A stretch of DNA of 63,878 bases, the filler included, from Octopus bimaculoides (Eukaryota): NCBI RefSeq assembly GCF_001194135.2. It is 7 parts of 7 records of this genome, joined end to end, with 100 filler letters (N's around TTAATTAATTAA, not from the genome) between each part and the next. Parts side by side here need not be neighbours in the genome. Positions count along the whole stretch, not along the records: positions 59,874 to 61,960 come from NW_026412951.1; positions 62,061 to 63,878 come from NW_026338256.1; 5 more parts are not named here. The stretch is one strand, 5' to 3'. Under the pieces are notes generated by a model that was not told where the DNA came from, searched no databases, and saw only the letters and a program-made list of their open reading frames with translations. This document shows, piece by piece, positions 61,697-63,878 of this stretch. Within the stretch, counting starts at the first letter, position 1. Every line of letters starts with the position of its first letter. A program made the translations under genes and the position numbers.

Positions 61697-63504
61697 CATA
61701 CACACATTCAAAAATGCAATGAATAAAACGAACGAATCGTAAGGGCCACGGAAAAAACAATGTTTTAAAGAGAACAAAAAATAACAGCAAAACAATCAAA
61801 AATAACAAAGAAAAAAATAAACGTAACCTCATAAATTATCCAACTATTCAGAAGCTAATTTCAGTATGAACCCACATCCCGACTCCAAATAAACTCAAGA
61901 ACTCATGAGTATCACTCAAACACCCGCCTCCCACCCGCCCTTTATCTCTGCAATCCATTCNNNNNNNNNNNNNNNNNNNNNNNNNNNNNNNNNNNNNNNN
62001 NNNNTTAATTAATTAANNNNNNNNNNNNNNNNNNNNNNNNNNNNNNNNNNNNNNNNNNNNTATATATATATATATATATATATTATGCAGCTGCATTGCT
62101 TTTGAGGGAGACTCTATTGAATATTACTTTTGTATAGAGGAAAAGTTATCCTACAAACATTTAGTGAATGACCTCTGTATGTAAATACAAAAAGTTATGT
62201 CTACATTAGCATTTATTTCGAAAATACACACGCACACATACAAACACACACACACACACACAAACACAAACACGCATACACACACCTACTTATGTATGTA
62301 TATTGAGTGTGTCTGTACGTTTATGTATATAAATCTGTGTATAATTGACAAAGTGAGTAAACGGGGAAAGAGAGAGAGAGAGCATGAAAGGGAGAGAAAG
62401 AGTCAGAGAGAGAAAACGAGTGTCAACTAAACCCTTGTGAACTGGACCAAGTACATATACACACCTGCAATGAAACGCGATTGGGAATTCGTGTTTGTAA
62501 CTCTAGCTATACGTACATGAAATTTATTGAATAAATAATGAAGAAAGTATTATACTTCATTGTAGAAATATCTAGAAAATATTAACACACATTTCAATAA
62601 CAAAAAATTCATGCTTTATTAAGTTTATCGCCATACTTTCTTGACATACCTGTGACTATTTGTTAAGTAAATTTTATTTCGTGTTCATCATTTTTATTCT
62701 TATTTAATGTCACGTTCTCTTTACATTCACACAATTGTTTATTGAAATAAAATATTCTGTGTGAATCTCTGGAGAGTGAAGAAGGGAAGATATTTCTGGT
62801 TGGAACCCCCAGGTTTTCTGTCCTGAAATGGCCTGGTTAAGAATTCATCCGAGTAGAGGAACAGTACCGGACACCTTGTAACTATGTTATGCTACCAACC
62901 AGCATGTTACATTGGGTGTTTAAGAACTCAAAGGTGCATAAAATATCCCCGCAAACATCAAAAACAAGGTGAAGATGACTGTCACTTCACACTAGTCCTC
63001 AGATGTCTGGGTACGCCCCCTGGCGCACACATTCCCTAGCCTCTAATCACCGTGAAAGGTTGAAAGAGACTGAAGACTTTTGGAAAGGAAATCTCTGGAG
63101 AAAACGTTTACAGATATTGTGACGTCATAATGACAAAATGGAAGAATTGAAAATTATTTTTTTACTTTATATAAAATTCTCACACAACACACAAATACAT
63201 ATACAATCTACAGACAAACAGACATGCATACACACTCATAATATTGACNNNNNNNNNNNNNNNNNNNNNNNNNNNNNNNNNNNNNNNNNNNNNNNNNNNN
63301 NNNNNNNNNNNNNNNNNNNNNNNNNNNNNNNNNNNNNNNNNNNNNNNNNNNNNNNNNNNNNNNNNNNNNNNNNNNNNNNNNNNNNNNNNNNNNNNNNTAT
63401 GTATGTATGTATGTATGTATGTATTTATGTATAATATATATATACAGAGAGAGAGAGAGAGATGGATATAGATATATATGCACATATATAGATGTGGGTG
63501 TGTG

Positions 63505-63542
<38 letters not shown>

Positions 63543-63611
63543 CATATACACACACGCACACGCATATATAATATTTATCTCTTTCTCCCTCTCTTTATAG
63601 ATATATTTATA

Positions 63612-63646
<35 letters not shown>

Positions 63647-63878
63647 GTATGTGTGTATACAGGGTATGTAAGAAGAAAATTATGCGGGTACATCGGCGAG
63701 GACCCCGGAGAACTAAGGAAGATTCCTGTTTATATTTTTCAAGTCTTTACCTTATAAAACATACTCATGAGCTGACTTGAATTTTGCAAGGCCCCCACCC
63801 ACACCTTGTGGTGAACGGAAATCAGTCTTTTACCACATGTACATCGTGTATTAGGGCTAAATACACACATACATACAC

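Noticed and set aside
62980-63120. RERLKETEDFWKGNL as a Penelope GIY-YIG C-terminus
   Set aside because: No GIY or YIG motifs and no GLN ending nearby; similarity too weak.

Overview
Repeat-dominated, AT-rich eukaryotic DNA with about 20 assembly gaps. The SINE set, microsatellite load and TTAGGG repeats suggest an octopus-like cephalopod draft genome (inference). No complete host gene can be supported, and most long ORFs in the track are microsatellite or N-gap artefacts. Recognisable content: three abundant tRNA-headed or B-box SINE families; decayed LINEs (R4/Dong, CR1, several RTE); a Helitron Rep/helicase remnant; a Tc1/mariner transposase remnant; mariner-, hAT-, piggyBac- and Merlin-like MITEs; a 161-bp SINE-derived satellite and an 83-bp minisatellite. 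The most interesting signal is a set of short inverted (fold-back) insertions, mostly with 12-13 bp target-site duplications, that look like Penelope pseudo-LTR derivatives. They carry minimal hammerhead ribozyme motifs, canonical in one family and a compensatory U3-A8 variant in another. One copy is fused to a tRNA-like Pol III head, suggesting a Penelope-mobilised, ribozyme-bearing SINE. Weaker leads: an RTE ORF ending in three C2H2 fingers, a MITE carrying telomeric repeats, a PLAT-like exon and a 9-nt microexon candidate. All family assignments come from motif recognition by eye, without database searches.
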